A stretch of 21,638 nt of DNA from the NCBI RefSeq assembly GCF_006345805.1, contig NW_021823606.1, positions 1-21,638 of the forward strand, in the 5' to 3' direction. Source of the stretch: Octopus sinensis (lineage: Eukaryota). The position numbers were made by a program, and so were the translations under genes. The stretch's first letter is position 1. Each line of letters begins with the position of its first letter. The notes under the pieces were generated by a model, which saw only the letters and a program-made list of their open reading frames with translations, was not told where the DNA came from and did no database searches. This document shows positions 20,382 through 21,638 of the stretch, piece by piece.

Positions 20382-20462
20382 ACTACTACTACTACTACTA
20401 CTACTGCTACTGCTGCTGCTGCTGCTGCTGCTACAGCTGCTGCTGCCGCTGCTGTTGTTGCT
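20331..20462. repeat. Compound trinucleotide microsatellite (CAT)n-(TAC)n-(TGC)n-(TGT)n
   Basis: Direct reading. Confidence 0.95.
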
Positions 20463-20677
20463 GGTGCCTTTGCATCATTCTTTTCCTTCTTTATAACAAA
20501 CGCATACCTCTTGTGTTTCAAATCCTTCATGTTCGTATGTAAGCAATCACACGTTTCATATTGTAACATCAGTTTACGCTTCGACATACTTCCATGTTGC
20601 CACATACAATATATATCAAACACAGCAAAAACAAAATAAAAGCAAAACGTCAATAAAATATGCAGCAATTTGTGTTA

Positions 20678-21068
20678 TGTATATATGTGTGTGTGTGTAA
20701 ACATATATATATATGTATATATGAATGTGCGTATATATATATATGTATATATATGTATATATGAATGTGTATATATATATATATAATACTATATATATAT
20801 ATATGTGTGTGTGTGTGGTTGTGTGTGTTGTGTGTGTGTGTGTGTGTAAACATATATATATATATATACTTGTGTATATGATGTGTGTAAGTATATATAT
20901 ATATGTATATATATATAATATATACATACATACATACATACATATACATATAAATACGTATGTGTATACATATACACATGTATATGTGCTTGTATATTAT
21001 ATTATATATATATACATATATATATGTATATGTATGTATATATATATACATATATATATGTTTATATG

Positions 21069-21098
<30 letters not shown>
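20678..21098. repeat. Long degenerate (TA)n/(TG)n/(TACA)n microsatellite field
   Basis: Direct reading. Confidence 0.95.
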
Positions 21099-21100
<2 letters not shown>

Positions 21101-21638
21101 AAAGCGTCACACTCCCCAACAACATGTAGTAATCTTCATCGTTGTTAACATATCATCTGATAATGTAATACGATTAACAATACTGATATATCCTTGCCTT
21201 TCTCTTTCCATTTATCCCCCTTTCTCTCTCGCTTTCTCTTTCTCTCCTCCCCTCCCTCTGTCTCAGTCACTCGTCTTCTTATATTTACTCATCACCGCCA
21301 AACGCCTCTTATTTTAGTCTTTAAGATTCCATTCAATGAACCTCAGTGAATGAAATGTTTGCGTTCAACTTAATTGCATTTCGAATTGGGAGTTGCAAAA
21401 GTACTTTTCACGAAATAGGATTTTCTCCCGCTATCTTCTCCTTCACTCTCTCTCTCTCATTCCTTTTATCTGTATCTTCTTTTGAGGCGGGGAACTGTAT
21501 GTATATCATAATTCATTTTATCCAGATTACTGAATTATATGTAAAGAAATATTGCGAACCTCTATTAGAGTCTTCGTGGATTTGGATGTTGTTGCTGATG
21601 CGCCTGAAGCTGTTGTTGTTGTTATTGTTATTACCATA

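Overview
This is AT-rich eukaryotic non-coding DNA, intronic or intergenic, with very dense microsatellites. The SINE families and repeat landscape point to a coleoid cephalopod, most likely Octopus; that is an inference from recalled repeat sequences, not a database search. No protein-coding gene can be called with confidence, and almost all ORFs in the track are microsatellite artefacts. The supportable content is mostly mobile DNA. It includes about 11 full or partial tRNA-derived SINEs from three families, two of them with target-site duplications. It also includes a 5'-truncated CR1 LINE inserted into a decayed restriction-like-endonuclease (HERO/NeSL/R2-type) retrotransposon, a Helitron-type 3' terminus, a possible piggyBac remnant, an unclassified three-copy repeat and several local duplications. 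The most interesting signal is a set of type I hammerhead-ribozyme-like motifs: near-complete ones at 5106-5197 (+) and 2549-2611 (-), a half motif at 9408-9424 (-) and a core-only motif at 14413-14447 (+). They have short palindromic stem III, and two sit in short islands between microsatellites. This resembles Penelope-associated or retrozyme-like elements. A few isolated exon candidates are listed as low-confidence findings only.
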